This document shows positions 12,311 through 25,250 of a DNA stretch of 64,000 bases, piece after piece. The notes below the pieces were generated by a model that was not told the DNA's origin, searched no databases, and saw nothing but the letters and a program-made list of their open reading frames with translations. Positions within the stretch are counted from its first letter, which is position 1. Each line of letters opens with the position of its first letter. Source of the DNA: Basidiobolus meristosporus CBS 931.73 (taxonomy: Eukaryota; Fungi; Basidiobolomycota); assembly GCA_002104905.1 (NCBI GenBank), contig MCFE01000344.1, positions 1-64,000 on the forward strand, written 5' to 3'. The translations under genes and the position numbers were made by a program.

Positions 12311-15179
12311 ATGAGTAACTTTGATGAGTTGCAACGCATCTTGTCCGACTTGTCCAAGCAGTACGATGGATCCACACATACTATTAATTCCACGCCACCC
12401 GGCTCAGAACCAACAAATCCCTCCACCGCAACTACGACCTCAACGCTTGTTTCTGATCCTTTGTCTATATCAGGCCTTCAACTAGGTTCAGGGAAAGAAA
12501 TAAATAACCAACCAATTATACAAGCAGAGTCCTCGAACCTGACTGCTGGATCTTTCATGTCAAATTCACAGCCCTTACAAGCAGTCACACCTGAACAGGC
12601 TTCGTCAATAGCGTTAGTTTCTTGTAAATTTTAAGGCTGCGGTCAATATAGCCAAGCTGATTATTAATCTTAATTTCACCAGTACGAATCTCGGTCCTCG
12701 TTCTCAACTAGCAAATAATGCGGCACAATACAATCGGCTTCCTGCCCAACAGCAAGTCACCTCAATCCCTTCATATATGCTCCAAGCCCGAAATCAAGAC
12801 CTCACTTCTGGGAGCAACTCCGGATTTTTTCGTAGTTCACAGTCTAGCAATCAGCTGAATTATTCCCAGACCCTTTCTGGCTATCATTCAGCTTATCTCC
12901 AGCCGAAAATCCCTTCATATTTTCCTCCCCAGCGAGCACAACCAATCGCCGACAGCAACTCTTATACGACGAATTCCTATTCAAATACAAGCCTATGGTC
13001 TCCAGACTCCACCCCGGTTTTAACTCTCAACCCCGTATACAACTCCTCCAAGAGTGGGTTTGGCCACACCTCCACAGGCTCTAGCCCGCTGGCCTTCGCC
13101 CAAAATTATGGCACGCCACAAGCTCAACAGATCCCCAACAGGCTACAAACAAGCAATTCATTATCTCGCAGCGTAACAACGGATTCCAGCACAAAGCCGA
13201 CCGCACCAAACTTAAGGATTGTTCTAGGAGAAGATGATTTTCTTCGCCTGTCTCACTTGATATCCAAGGGAACTCAAGTGGTAAAGAAATGCCTTGAGGT
13301 AAATATTGGGCTTGAGCAAGAATCTCATAGTTTTACTCACATACCGTGTTTAACCTAGAGCTCTGTCTTACGCTTTTCTCTATAGTCACCTCGAAACATG
13401 GAGTACCTATCCGAGTTCGAGCTAAGGAACGTTGCAATCTACCTTCGTCAGCGATATAGCTTATCGGCCATCACCCCTAACGTAGGCAAAAAGCAGCTCA
13501 TTCAAATTATCGCGTTTGTTACCGGAGTAGACGGTCTTGATAAGAATGGTGAATCCATTCCTAAATCGGCAGGTCGCAATCCGGGCCATAGTGCGAATAA
13601 TCCATCGCGGTAGGAAATATGAAGCGAATGTACGCAACGATGCTTGCTCAACTTTTTTACCAGGAATGTGGCGAAGAACTTCCACCTTCCTACCGATGCT
13701 GAGATGCAACTCTTTGATGCACGATTCAAACCAATCCCCTTTCTGAAGACAGTTACCAGACTTTGGTGCCAAAAGATCCTATATGTGGAGACGGTGGGTG
13801 CTAAAGGCACCTATTATTCTCACGGCTTTACTGCGAGAATCCCACTTGTTTTGTTTAATGCATCGACATCACCAGACAACCGCCGACTGGTTCACATTTC
13901 TATATTCTCACCGGAGACGGGGAAAATGTGGGAAGCAAATCATCTGAACCAAATTATGCAATTGAAAATTGATAACAACTATGTTATACTGAGCAAGGTA
14001 TGTTTGGCTATGTATGTTGTTGACTATCATCGAAAAGACTCATCCGATTCATTCGTCTAAAGAAACAGCTATCGGCTGGGCTACAGCATTTCGACATTAC
14101 TCGTTTTGTTGAAAAGGCTCTCACCAGTCGCACCGATACCTATTTGACAGTCACGGTTAACGTTCCAGCGAAATTCGCTAGACAGGATATCATTGTTGTT
14201 CACTCTCTCGTACTTCAATCAATAGAAGAGGTAATGTCGTTAAGTTACTACTTTGGTATCAACCACCACTTGTCCGATATTCACGCTGAAATATTTTAGG
14301 TTACGGCTAGGGTTTACGCCCAGAGCATTGTTCAACTGCAACGTACTGCTCGAAAACCTCTTAACATAACAATCCCGACCAAACTGGCGGAAGTCGAAAA
14401 AGTGCTGATGACTCTGGCATCAAATCTCAATGACGCCCCTCTGACAGCAAACAAGCCCGCAATTGAAGGTATTCAATTCAGGCAATTGGATGTTGCTGGC
14501 GCGGCTGTTCTCACATAACTTCTGCTCGTAGATGATGACATTGAAATGGGCGACCAGATAATCTCATTCGTCTGCCCTCTTAGCCTGAAAAAGATTCAAC
14601 ATCCTTCCAAGGGAAAGAGGTGCAAGCATGCGCAATGCTTCGACGTACAGGTAATTCTCAACGAAGTGGTTGGTTAGTTTGACCAGTGATTAATTCGATC
14701 TTCAGAGCTTTCTCAAGTGCAACATGGACAACATCAAATGGAAATGTATAGTTTGCAACGAGGAACTACCTTTTTCCGTAAGTGGGCTGGTTACACTTCT
14801 CCGGCTTGTCTGTGCGTATTAACGGGGCAAGGTATTCCTCTAGGAGCTAATCATAGATGTCAAATTCAAGAACTACCTCCACGATTATCCGAACTTGGAT
14901 CGATGCCTGATCCATAGCGACGGAACCACCGCGCCTCTACCCCAAGAAAACCGCAAGTCTCGCACATCCACGCCAGCAGTAACCGAACCATGCGACGTCG
15001 ACAAACCGCACAAAAGGTCCATCTCCGAAGTGATAGAGCTCAGCGACGAGAGCGAGAACGAATTAGAGCAACCTCCAAGAACCAAGTCGAACCCAAACCC
15101 TTCCAAACAAGCCTCCTCCTTATCCTCCATATCGCAGCATGGACCCAACTCTAGTCCGGAGATCATCATTCTGGACTAG
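12311..15179 (+). CDS. SIZ/PIAS-like SP-RING (MIZ) zinc-finger protein, probable SUMO E3 ligase, multi-exon
   Basis: The spliced C-terminal part reads ISFVCPLSLKKIQHPSKGKRCKHAQCFDVQ|SFLKCNMDNIKWKCIVCNEEL (SP-RING). It has a low-complexity S/Q/N N-terminus and SIM-like VIELSD and IIILD motifs near the C-terminus. Confidence 0.8.
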
Positions 15180-15401
15180 GACTCTGTAAATATCCCATCT
15201 AGATACAATGTATTTTATTGAAACTAAAGGAGCCCGCATGTATGTGCAATAGATGTATCTCTATCTACTCCTAATCATGGTTGGGTCTGTATGAATAGAC
15301 ATGCTCAGATATGCTCGTGTAAGGAGAATTCGACCTAACCTTACGGCGGTCTTACGCATCCCCAATGGTTGTCAGCACACACCCGAATAGAAAATAAACC
15401 T

Positions 15402-16798
15402 TTAATCTTGGGAACCCTTCCTGTAGTTGGCCACGTCGAAGCCTATGGTTATAAGGCCGATGACTATCTCGAATGCTGGTGACACGAGGGTTAGTTCAGA
15501 AGTAAACGGGATGTCAAATGCTGAACCCTACCGATAAGAATGATCACAATCCATTCCAACTTTTCCCCGTGAGTTCCGTTCAAATGATCCTTCAGCATCT
15601 CCAGCAGATCACCAATCACGCTTACTCTTTGGTTCAGAAGCTCAGCTCTTTGGGAGATCTCCAAATACCCTCTCATCACATTGTAGAGCGGCTGCTGGGC
15701 AGGTTCCGACCAGAAAATCTCCGGTGTGTCTAATATGTTGCTGACAAGGTTCACATTGATTCGCATGATGAATAACTAGGGTTGGTCGATGGGTTAGCAA
15801 CTAGATCGAAGCACATAGCAGTCTTGGGGTTTTACCATTCCGATCTTCTGAGTGATGGCAGTTCGAGACATATTGACCTTTCCGGTCCGCGCCATGTTTT
15901 GAGGAATGTGCTTGGTGGCATTGATGGTCTCATCCACCAACTCCTCAAACAGCGTCATCTTAACGGACTGGGCAATGGCGTGAGAGATGGTGAGCTTGAC
16001 CATGTAGCTTTTGGGGTGTTTGAGGGTGATGATGTCGTTGTAAATCCTTGGTTGACAGGAGGGGTTGTAATGGAAGTTCAGCTCCTCCACCTCCACATCA
16101 TCGATTTCCAGCTTCTCCACCTCAAACGACGCGATTTTCTTCAGCAATTGCTGCTCCTCCTTCTCACTGAATCCCCACATCACGATTACTCCATAATCGA
16201 AGAAGAACACCTCACCAAGAAGGAATACATTAGGCTGCTCTTCGCTCACTGGCGTATTGAACAAGGATTGTTGAGGTGCGGACTCCTCACCATCCATGCG
16301 TAATAGATCCCCAGTGACGATGCTGCCTTGCTGGTTTATCCTCTCCGCATGAAAAGAGTAAGGGGTGTACAGCACTTCGTCGAATCGCTTAGGCGAGGTG
16401 TAGTGACTATTGCGACATGTCTGAAGGTACTTCATCAAGCTATCCATACGATAAGAGGTAGCCGTGCAGTGAGCAGATACTCTGGGCAGCTGTTTGCGAC
16501 GCAATTTACTCAGCTGTTCTGCTTCGAAACGGGCGGTGCCGGAGGGGATCTGAGCGATTTGGTTGTATACTTCATCCCCTTCTGTTAAGTCTCCAGGGAG
16601 TAGACTGGCCTCCTGCTCCTCTTCGGGGAAAATGGCAAGTTTCTGGGAGGTTTTGGTTGTTCTGTTGGGTTGCTTGGCTTTGCTGCGAGATGGACTCGGC
16701 TCTATCCCGTGGGCGGAGGGCCCGCTCTCCTCGACATTGTGAAATACCACCTTCTGTTGTATGGGCAAGGACGTAGCTAGCTGGTTTCTCTTCTTCAT
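15402..16798 (-). CDS. RMD1: RMD1-family (DUF155) protein, paralogue A
   Basis: LPRVSAHCTATSYRMD...EVFFFDYGVIVMWGFSE...RIYNDIITLK...KLTISHAIAQSVKMTLFEELV...LLNQRVSVI.DLL..LK...GEKLEWIVIILI; two introns. Confidence 0.9.
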
Positions 16799-17130
16799 CT
16801 TTGAACAAACCGGGTGGACAAGTAAGTGACGGTAAAAGAGGTGGTTATGTATATATGTCTATTGTGTATACGAAAACGGCAACCACTCCTAAATTTCTTT
16901 TTTCAATAGCCAGTCGTGAGTTACCCATGGGTAAGATGCGATTCATGATAGGCCGATTGTGCTACGTATGCATCCAATTAGCTAATCAAGGGTAATTTAC
17001 CCCTTGTACCGAACCTGGCCGTCACACCTCAATTAAATAAGGTTACAGTTATATTAGATGTGCATTCAGCCATAGCAACCTCCAAATGGAAACATGGGCG
17101 TTTATTGATTTGGGAGAAAATAGATGCCCA

Positions 17131-18576
17131 CTAGTGGATCATACCAGTGCCTTGCTTGAAGTTGGCAATGTCGAACCCTATTGTGCTAAGACCTATGATG
17201 ATTTCGAAAACTGTGGAATGATGTTAGAGAGTTTCGTGAGATAGCTGTACGTCGCATACTCACCTAAAAGGATGATGATGATCCACTCAAGCTGCTCGCC
17301 TAAACGGTGAAAACAGTTAGTAGGCTTGCTGCGCTAAAAGTTAGCTCTGTCACTTACTGTGGGAACTGTTCAAATGATCCTTCAGCATCTCTAGCAGATC
17401 ACTGATGACCTTTACTCTTTGGTTGAGCAGGTCTACTCTTTGCCCGATCTCAAGGTACCCGCGGATTGTTTTATAGAGCGGCTTCAAGGATGGCTCTGAC
17501 CAGAAAATCTCTGGGGTATCCAGGATGTTGCTGACAAGGTTGACATTGATCCTCATAATGAAAAGTTGGCCGATCTTCTTTGTGATGGCGGTTCTTGACA
17601 TGTTCACTTTTCCGGAACGTGCTATGTCCTGAGGAATGTGCTTGGTTGTGGCGATGGTTGCGTCAACAAGCTCCTCGAACAGAGTCATCTTCACCGATTG
17701 CGCAATTGCATGGGAAATGGTGAGCTTCACCATGTAGTTCGAGGGATTCTTCAGGGTGATGATATCGTTGAAGATATTAGGCTTCGCCAAGCTATTATAC
17801 CGAAAATGAAGTTCCTCCGATTCCACATCAGCTGCATCGAGCTTCTCCTTCTCAAACGAGACAATTTCTTTGAGGATCCTTGCCTCTTCTATTTCGGTGA
17901 ATCCCCATAAAACACATACGCCGTAATCAAACAGAAAGACCTCTCCCATAAGAAAGGAGTTCAGTTCGTTCTCCTCGTAGTGATCGGGCTGCTGAAAACC
18001 ATAGCTATGTGATCCAGTTTCTCCAGCGGACAAAGAGAGTAGGTCTCCGGTAGGAACGTTGCCATTGATGGACTCGGCATGGAAGGAAAGTGGTGTATAT
18101 ATACTTCTATGATGTTAGTACTAGAAAATGTGTATCTAAAAGGTTGGCCCACCATTCATCAAAGCGCTTTGGTGAGGCAAGGAAAGTCTTCTTCATTGTT
18201 TGAAAGTGTTTCATGAGGCTATCCATACGATAAGAACTAAAATGACACTCACAGTCAACCAACAAATCCAATTCTGAGTCGAACAGAAATGTACTCACGA
18301 GGCTGTACAGTAAGCGGTCACCCTAGGGAGATGCTTGATTCCTGCATAGCTCTCATCTTCAGTGAAATCGGGTAGAATATGGGCGTTTTCCTCTGCCTCA
18401 GGGAATAAAGCGAGTTTTTGTGAGGTTTTGGTGGTACGATTGGGTTGCTTACTCTTGTGACCACTACTCTCCGCTTCAATATTTGTCCCCTTTTGCGGGT
18501 ATACCACCTTTTGCTGGATGGCTGGTGGATTTTGTGTAGGTAATAGACCAGATTCAGATATACGTCTTCTAGTCAT
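17131..18576 (-). CDS. RMD1: RMD1-family (DUF155) protein, paralogue B
   Basis: LPRVTAYCTASSYRMD...EVFLFDYGVCVLWGFTE...IFNDIITLKNPSNYMVKLTISHAIAQSVK...; four introns; ends FKQGTGMIH*. Confidence 0.9.
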
Positions 18577-19132
18577 GTTTGAAGGAAAGGCAAGAGCCAA
18601 AAATAAGCTCCTGAGAGGTTTTACTGTGGAATGCAGATACAAAGCTCTGATAATAATACCGTGACTGACTACGGTAATTACCCATCATGTATGTTGAAAA
18701 AAAGGCTGATTAGGCCCATATAGTATTATCTGATATAATTAGAGTTTAGAGAAGAATCATTGGCTCAAAGTAAAATCAGCATAAATGAAGTCTGTCAATA
18801 AGTGGGACCTCTCTGTACCCGCAACTGACAAATGGTTGTCCTACTTTAAATTTCCGAATCTTCGGGTCTAGGTAAGAGGACTTCCTGCGATAACGACCTC
18901 GTTTTGGGGCGTATTATCCTGCGCGCTTAACCAACACAGCGAATTAATCAACCAGCGACAAATTACCGTAGAAACCATATTATCGAATTGTACATCAGAA
19001 TGACCAGAATTTCGACATCTAATTTTTGATTAGATCGATGCTAAACATTACTAGAGCATTGATTCCAACTTGGTCGTCACTTTCCTTTCCATATTCGTTA
19101 TAAAGCTCTTCGACTAAACCCTTGCTTTAGTC

Positions 19133-22100
19133 ATGGAGAACGTATATACCCCAAGCGTTTTGCTTTTTGCTGAGCATTCCTACATCCCTATTGACTTACG
19201 GGATGGAATATCCGAGCTAGTTAGATATAATCCACATCGAAATTTTGTTACTGACGAAACCATGTGCGACGGTGAACAAGAATATAAATGGTCTTTGAGG
19301 TTCGTGCATGGCTTCTTTTTCGCCCGGGAGTTTGCTTGTACAAATATCAATGACATCCTTTCCATAGATTTACATACAGTGAAGAGTTGAGTCCAGGTCA
19401 ACTCAACGTGATCTGCAGTCATCCCAATTATAAAGAAATCCCATACAACGAGCAATTTGAGATAAATATATATTACAGAAGAAAGACCGAAGGTGATTGA
19501 ACTCCAGCCCACCGATTACAAGCGTGTGGCTATCGACTTGGCCTAAATCTCGTCTCGTAGGCTTTGAGTTGGCTCTGTACACGGATGAGTCATTAACGCT
19601 TTTTATTTAATCTTCGTTGGGTATAGCGTTTCGTGCTCTAGGTCGTATCTTGGGTGCTACAGTACATCCTAATCCCACTGGTGCGGTGGAGGGGATTGTA
19701 TGTTTCAAAGAAGAAGCTCAGTTTGAAACTATGGGGTATTCTAGTTTTTACAGAGTGTATGATTAATTGAGGCACTTGAATTTAAACGTTGGATATGTGA
19801 TTTTAGTTTAATGGTTGACTGTAGTCGAGGTGGCGTATTGCTAGTTGAAAGCGTTTGCTTTCTACTTCGAGCCTGTGCATTGATGGGGTTTAACATGATT
19901 CAGTTGTACACTGAGGATACATATGAGGTATATCAAGACAGTCCATGGAGAAATCAACAACATTCTTATTTTTGAACACAGGTTGAGGGAGAGCCATTTT
20001 TTGGCTATCTTCGTGGTATGAACGCTGCTTATAACCTGCTTGCATATTAATCATTGAGTCTCACGATGCTGCGTCATTCAGGTGGCTATAGCCAGAGAGA
20101 GCTCTCAACCATTGATGATTATGCTGATGATTTGTATGGATGCGGTTGCCCTGTTTACGAATTCCCACTTACTAAACTACTTGATACTTATAGCGGCATC
20201 GAGGTGATTCCATGCATCCAAACTCTAGGGCATCTGGGCCAGATTCTCCAGTGGCCCAGGTTCTCCACCTTACGAGATACAGGCGAAGTATTGCTGACAA
20301 GATCTGAGGAAACCTTGGAATTCATAGAAAAAATGATCAAGAGTGCCTCGGCTCCCTTGCGGTCAAAGAGGATTCATATTGGGATGGATGAGGTAATCTG
20401 TTCGTAGTGGCTTTACTTGATCGAGGCTGATTCTCTCGCTTGTCAGGCTCATGGACTTGGTGAGGGCCGATTCAAGCAAATATACGGGAGTCAAGAAGGA
20501 ACTCGTATATTCATAGAGCATCTACAAAAAGTCAATGACATCTGCAAACGTTTGGGATTGCAGCCTATGATTTGGTCGGACAGTAAGTTTCCGCCAGCAG
20601 GCACCAACTGGTTGGCCACTACTAATTCATGTTACAGTGTTGTTCTCACTAGGTATTTGCGTGTTTCATTCACTTTTCGGTCCGTCAATTTGACACTTAT
20701 GTCGGAATATGCCAGCTGCTAATAACAACAGCCTCAATGGATACTACGACTATAACGTAAATCCAGCAACAGACCAAGTAGTAGAGACCATATCCAAGGG
20801 AATGGAGTTGGTCTTCTGGGACTATTATCACACAAACTCCACTATATATGCCCACAAAATTCAACAACACAGAGAGCTGGGGTGCTACAATCCGTGGGTG
20901 GCTGGTATGCACTAGCTCTACTTCTTGCCTAGGGCTTTACTAACAAGCAGATGATCCTCAGGCGGAAATTGGACTTGGAATCGGTTTTGGTGCGCATTAC
21001 CGTTCACCTTCGAGTCTACTCAGGCTTGTCTACAAGCGGCCAAAGATAAAACCATCGGAGTTAGCAATGTTATATCAACCATCTGGGGAGATGAAGGCAA
21101 TGAATGCGATATGTAGGGGCATCATCATCTTTTCTCATATTTCCAGTAACCAACCTTTGGATAGTTATTCTGCACTTCCCGGTTTAGTGTATTTTGCTCA
21201 ACATTGCTATAGCAAGGACTATCAAATCGATGTTGATTTGGTCAAACGCAATTTCGGTAAGCTAGCCTGCCATGACAATGTCCTCTTCACTACGCTCACT
21301 TTTGTTTAGCCGGGATTTGTGGAGGCGATTTGGACGATTTTGTAAGTGGTTTCTTTGGAGATGGTTTACATTTATTTTAAATTAATTTTGGTTGGTTTGA
21401 AAGGTATTTGCAAGCAAGGTATGGCCTCTTATCTAACCCTGGGTTCCTGGTAAGTGGCACTAACCTCGATCCTAGATTGACGAGCCATCCCTGGACGACT
21501 CTGAGCCTAGAGTTAATTTCCCGTCCAATATGAGCAAGTGGCTCCTGTGGGAAGGTATGTTGGTCCCCAGCTCCATTTGAAAGCGGATGTGCCTATTTAG
21601 AACGTTTTATAGACCCATTCTACAGTTTTCTTAGCCCACAGTATTCCGGATATGACCTAGAGCAGCACTATGCCATTATATCCGACTACCTGTTCAAGGC
21701 TATTCAGAAGAAAAATGCGTCGCCGCTCAATACTCGACTCCAACTCCCGTACCTGATCGCCAACGTACTGATGCTTAAATGCCATCTCCGGGAGAGAATG
21801 ATTGAGGCATACCGATCTGGCCAACGGGACGTTCTGTACGAGCTCGTTACCACAAGGCTCGGCAAACTTCGCGAAGAGGTGGATAGACTCTGGCGTTATC
21901 ATCGTAGTATTTGGATGAAAACCAACAAACCTTTTGGTTGGGAGGTCCTCGAACTCCGCTATGGTGGACTCCGTACTCGATTGACGACTATGTACGAGCG
22001 GATCATGGAGTACCTAGATCTCAAGGCAAACGGGGTATCGCCTGATGGCACAGACTTCACTGAAGGCATCCCGGAATTTGAGGTAGATCTAACATGCGTG

Positions 22101-22169
22101 TACGAACACTCGAAAACCAATGTAATGCTTGATTACTTCCGAGTCTCAACACCATCCAGACCCGGTTAA
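19133..22169 (+). CDS. GH20 beta-N-acetylhexosaminidase (HEXDC-like type), many exons; start approximate
   Basis: FDCSRGGV...GFNMIQLYTEDTYE|VEGEPFFGYLRGGYS..EL..IDDYA...GIEVIPCIQTLGHLGQILQW...RIHIGMDE|AHGLG (DE catalytic pair)...MIWSD...WDYYH; C-terminus has KPFGWEVLELRYGGL. Confidence 0.85.
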
Positions 22170-23340
22170 TCCTGCTCCTTCCAATCACCGAATGGATACT
22201 GGAGGATAGGAGTCATTCACAATCCCCCATCTTGAACTGTTTCCCAGCAATATGCCCATGTTAAATATGTAGTGAATCCGCCGTTGTGCTTCCAGGTTCT
22301 GAAGTACAGGTTAAAAGGATATATATACTTATTGATATACTTTTACACAACTGCATCAATTAAAATCAGCTAGCTAACATCGATGGCAGCCTGTTTTATA
22401 CCTTCATCACCTGATTGAGGAGTGCGCTGAGCAGAACGTATATGCCCGCTCCATACATATTTATCCATAATGTCTAGCATCAAAGCGTGAGAGATACTAG
22501 TGCAGCGAAACATCAGCCATTCGCCCTATTCCAAACACCACAAAATGCAATTAGTAATAAAACCTAAATTGGCACCCGACCGTGAAACCTGATAATTCGG
22601 CTGATCGGTTGACAGTGCACATTCATTGTAATCACCAGGATCACTCGACCGATCGGTACTTATCGATAGCAGAAACAAACCACACAGATAAGCCAAAGAA
22701 TTAGGACACCTACCAACCTTCAATATTATATAACCTCAGGCTGACTATCTTTGTGAATAGATAAGCCATGGTGTTCTTGTTATGGTCGACCACGCTTCCT
22801 CGTGGACAGAAAGAAGGTCCATACTATACAGTTTTAGACACCAGAACCAATCATGGTTCCTCTTCCGACAAAAATATATCACCAGATCAAGTTGAAGGAG
22901 TCTCTCCTGCCAAATTTGGAAAACTCTCCTGCTGAGTGTGGTCATGCCTTTTCAAGACGCATAGCCCTCGCAACTCGGGCTAATCATTGGCCAAGGATAC
23001 GTGGAACTTTCCTCCTTTTCAGCAGTAGGGTAGAGGAAATGGCCAGCTGGCCCTGGTGATTGGACCATATACCCAAAGCAGCACATCAATTTCCTGGGAT
23101 TCTTGAAAATCGACGACCACCCACCACGCCTATTAATGACCCGGTAGCTTATCGCGTACTAAAGAGGTTTTCTTTTTCCTTCGAGATCTTTTCGGTATAA
23201 ATACCAGTTTGGCTCGGCGGTGGCCTTGTTATTCGCACCATCACGCCATTCCATTGCCTCCTTTCCCTTCGGCCCTGCTTGAATAAGTCCCCCTTGTTTC
23301 GCACTAATTCGTGGCCGTTTCATATCCATCTCTCTTAGAA

Positions 23341-24864
23341 ATGAACCATAATGAGTCCATTCAAATGGAGGATCTAGAAAAGCCCGTTGCCGACACGTCG
23401 AAGTCCTCGGTTCTCCAGGTTGAGGGCGACCAAGAGCAGCTGAACCGTACCCTAAAGACACGCCATTTGTCCATGATCGCCATTGGCGGAACCATTGGCA
23501 CGGGGCTATTCATTGCTAGTGGCCAATCCATTGCCAATGGCGGGCCCGGTGGTGCTCTCGTCGCCTACGGGTTGATCGGAGTGATGGTGTTTTTCTTGAT
23601 GACCAGCTTGGGTGAAATGGCTGCGTTCATCCCCATCTCCGGGTCCTTCAACACCTACGGCTCGCGCTTTGTCGACCCTGCGTTTGGATTTGCGCTCGGA
23701 TGGAATTATTGGCTCAGTTGGGCCATCACGGTCGCCACCGAACTAGCCGCGGGAGAAGGCATCATGCAGATGTGGATCAGCACCGAGAAGTGCCCCGGGA
23801 TTGTGTGGTCGTTCATTCTTCTCGTCTTCATCGTGGGATTTAATGCCCTTTCAGTCAAGGGGTACGGTGAGGCGGAGTTCTGGTTCGCCCTCATCAAGGT
23901 GGTGACGGTCATCATCTTTGTGATTGTCGGGATCCTGGTGTCCGCCGGCGTCTTGGGTGGAAAGGTGTATGGGGTCAAGTATTTCACCTACGGCGAGGCG
24001 CCATTCGTGAACGGGGTTTTGGGAGTGCTGAACGTATTCCTGGCTGCCGGATTCTCGTTCCAAGGCACCGAGATGGTTGGTGTCGCTGCCGGGGAATCTG
24101 CCAATCCCGAAAAGGACGTCCCGAAAGCGGTGAAGCAGGTGTTTTGGCGAATCTTGCTCTTTTACATCTGCGCCATCTTCGTGATCTCCATGCTGATCCC
24201 CTACACCGATCCAGATCTAACCCAATCGGGAGTGGCCACCAGTCCCTTCACGCTAGGGTTTGAGCGCTCGGGGTTCAAGCCCTCCAAGGATGTCATGAAT
24301 GCGATCATCCTGATCACCATCTTGTCGGCCGGAAACTCTGGCATGTACGGGGCGAGCAGAACCCTCTGGATGCTGGCGAATGAAGGAAAGGCCCCGAAAA
24401 TCTTTAGGAAGGTCAATTCGGGTGGAATCCCGATTTACGCCCTTGGCTTCACCGCCCTGATCGCGTGTCTCTCCTTCCTGTCCTCCCTATTCGGCAACAA
24501 GGTGGTATACATCTGGCTTCTGAACGCATCCAGTGTGACTGGATTCATCGCCTGGTTGGGCATCGCCGTTTCGCATTATCGATTCAGAAAGGCCTATATT
24601 GCCCAAGGCCGCGACTTGAACGACCTGCCGTACCGCGCCAAGTGGTTCCCGTTCGGGCCCATTGTCGCCTTTGTCATCTGCTTCATCGTCATCGCCGGAC
24701 AAGGATACACCGGCTTCTCAGCCCATCCGATCGACTGGAGCTCAATCTTCGCGGCGTACCTGGGTGTGATCATCTTCGTGGTGTTCTACCTGGTCTATAA
24801 AATTGTGAACAAGACCAAAGTCGTCCCGCTAACCGAATGTAATTTCTCACGCACCAACGCGTAG
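23341..24864 (+). CDS. APC-superfamily amino-acid permease, LysP-like, intronless
   Basis: Single open frame with LKTRHLSMIAIGGTIGTGLF, GFSFQGTEMVGVAAGES, VFWRILLFY, SAGNSGMY and FIAWLGIAVSHYRFR. TATAAATA at ~23196 upstream. The start may be 23311, 23341 or 23365. Confidence 0.95.
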   Translation: MNHNESIQMEDLEKPVADTSKSSVLQVEGDQEQLNRTLKTRHLSMIAIGGTIGTGLFIASGQSIANGGPGGALVAYGLIGVMVFFLMTSLGEMAAFIPISGSFNTYGSRFVDPAFGFALGWNYWLSWAITVATELAAGEGIMQMWISTEKCPGIVWSFILLVFIVGFNALSVKGYGEAEFWFALIKVVTVIIFVIVGILVSAGVLGGKVYGVKYFTYGEAPFVNGVLGVLNVFLAAGFSFQGTEMVGVAAGESANPEKDVPKAVKQVFWRILLFYICAIFVISMLIPYTDPDLTQSGVATSPFTLGFERSGFKPSKDVMNAIILITILSAGNSGMYGASRTLWMLANEGKAPKIFRKVNSGGIPIYALGFTALIACLSFLSSLFGNKVVYIWLLNASSVTGFIAWLGIAVSHYRFRKAYIAQGRDLNDLPYRAKWFPFGPIVAFVICFIVIAGQGYTGFSAHPIDWSSIFAAYLGVIIFVVFYLVYKIVNKTKVVPLTECNFSRTNA

Positions 24865-25250
24865 CCCTGTAGACAACTCAGCACACATAACATCACTGTA
24901 AATAAAGAACCTCTGTATCACGAACCCCAGTCAAGTGAACAAAAAATTTTATTTACAACTGATCCTCATGGCTTCAGCTGGAATGAAAGAGAGGAGAACG
25001 AATGAAAAGCGAGGGGATGAACGAAAAGTTGGGGATAGCAGTTGGTGGGATAAGAGAAAAACGAGGCGGGATCAAAAATCCTTCCAAAACACACCACGCT
25101 TCTATCCGGTCATATCCATGTGTTCATACCAGGAGTCCATGCCGGAGTGAAGGAGTTGCTAGAACAGCATGTACGGGTAGGGCTAGATGGAACGCGGTTA
25201 GCTTGGAGCGATGACGAAATAAGGCTTTGGACTGACCACGAATTCCAGGC

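Noticed and set aside
15782-16303. 173-aa plus-strand ORF, and similar antisense ORFs over RMD1-B, the permease, GSY, bHLH, DCAF and the Copia copies
   Set aside because: Shadow frames opposite well-supported genes, with no motifs of their own.
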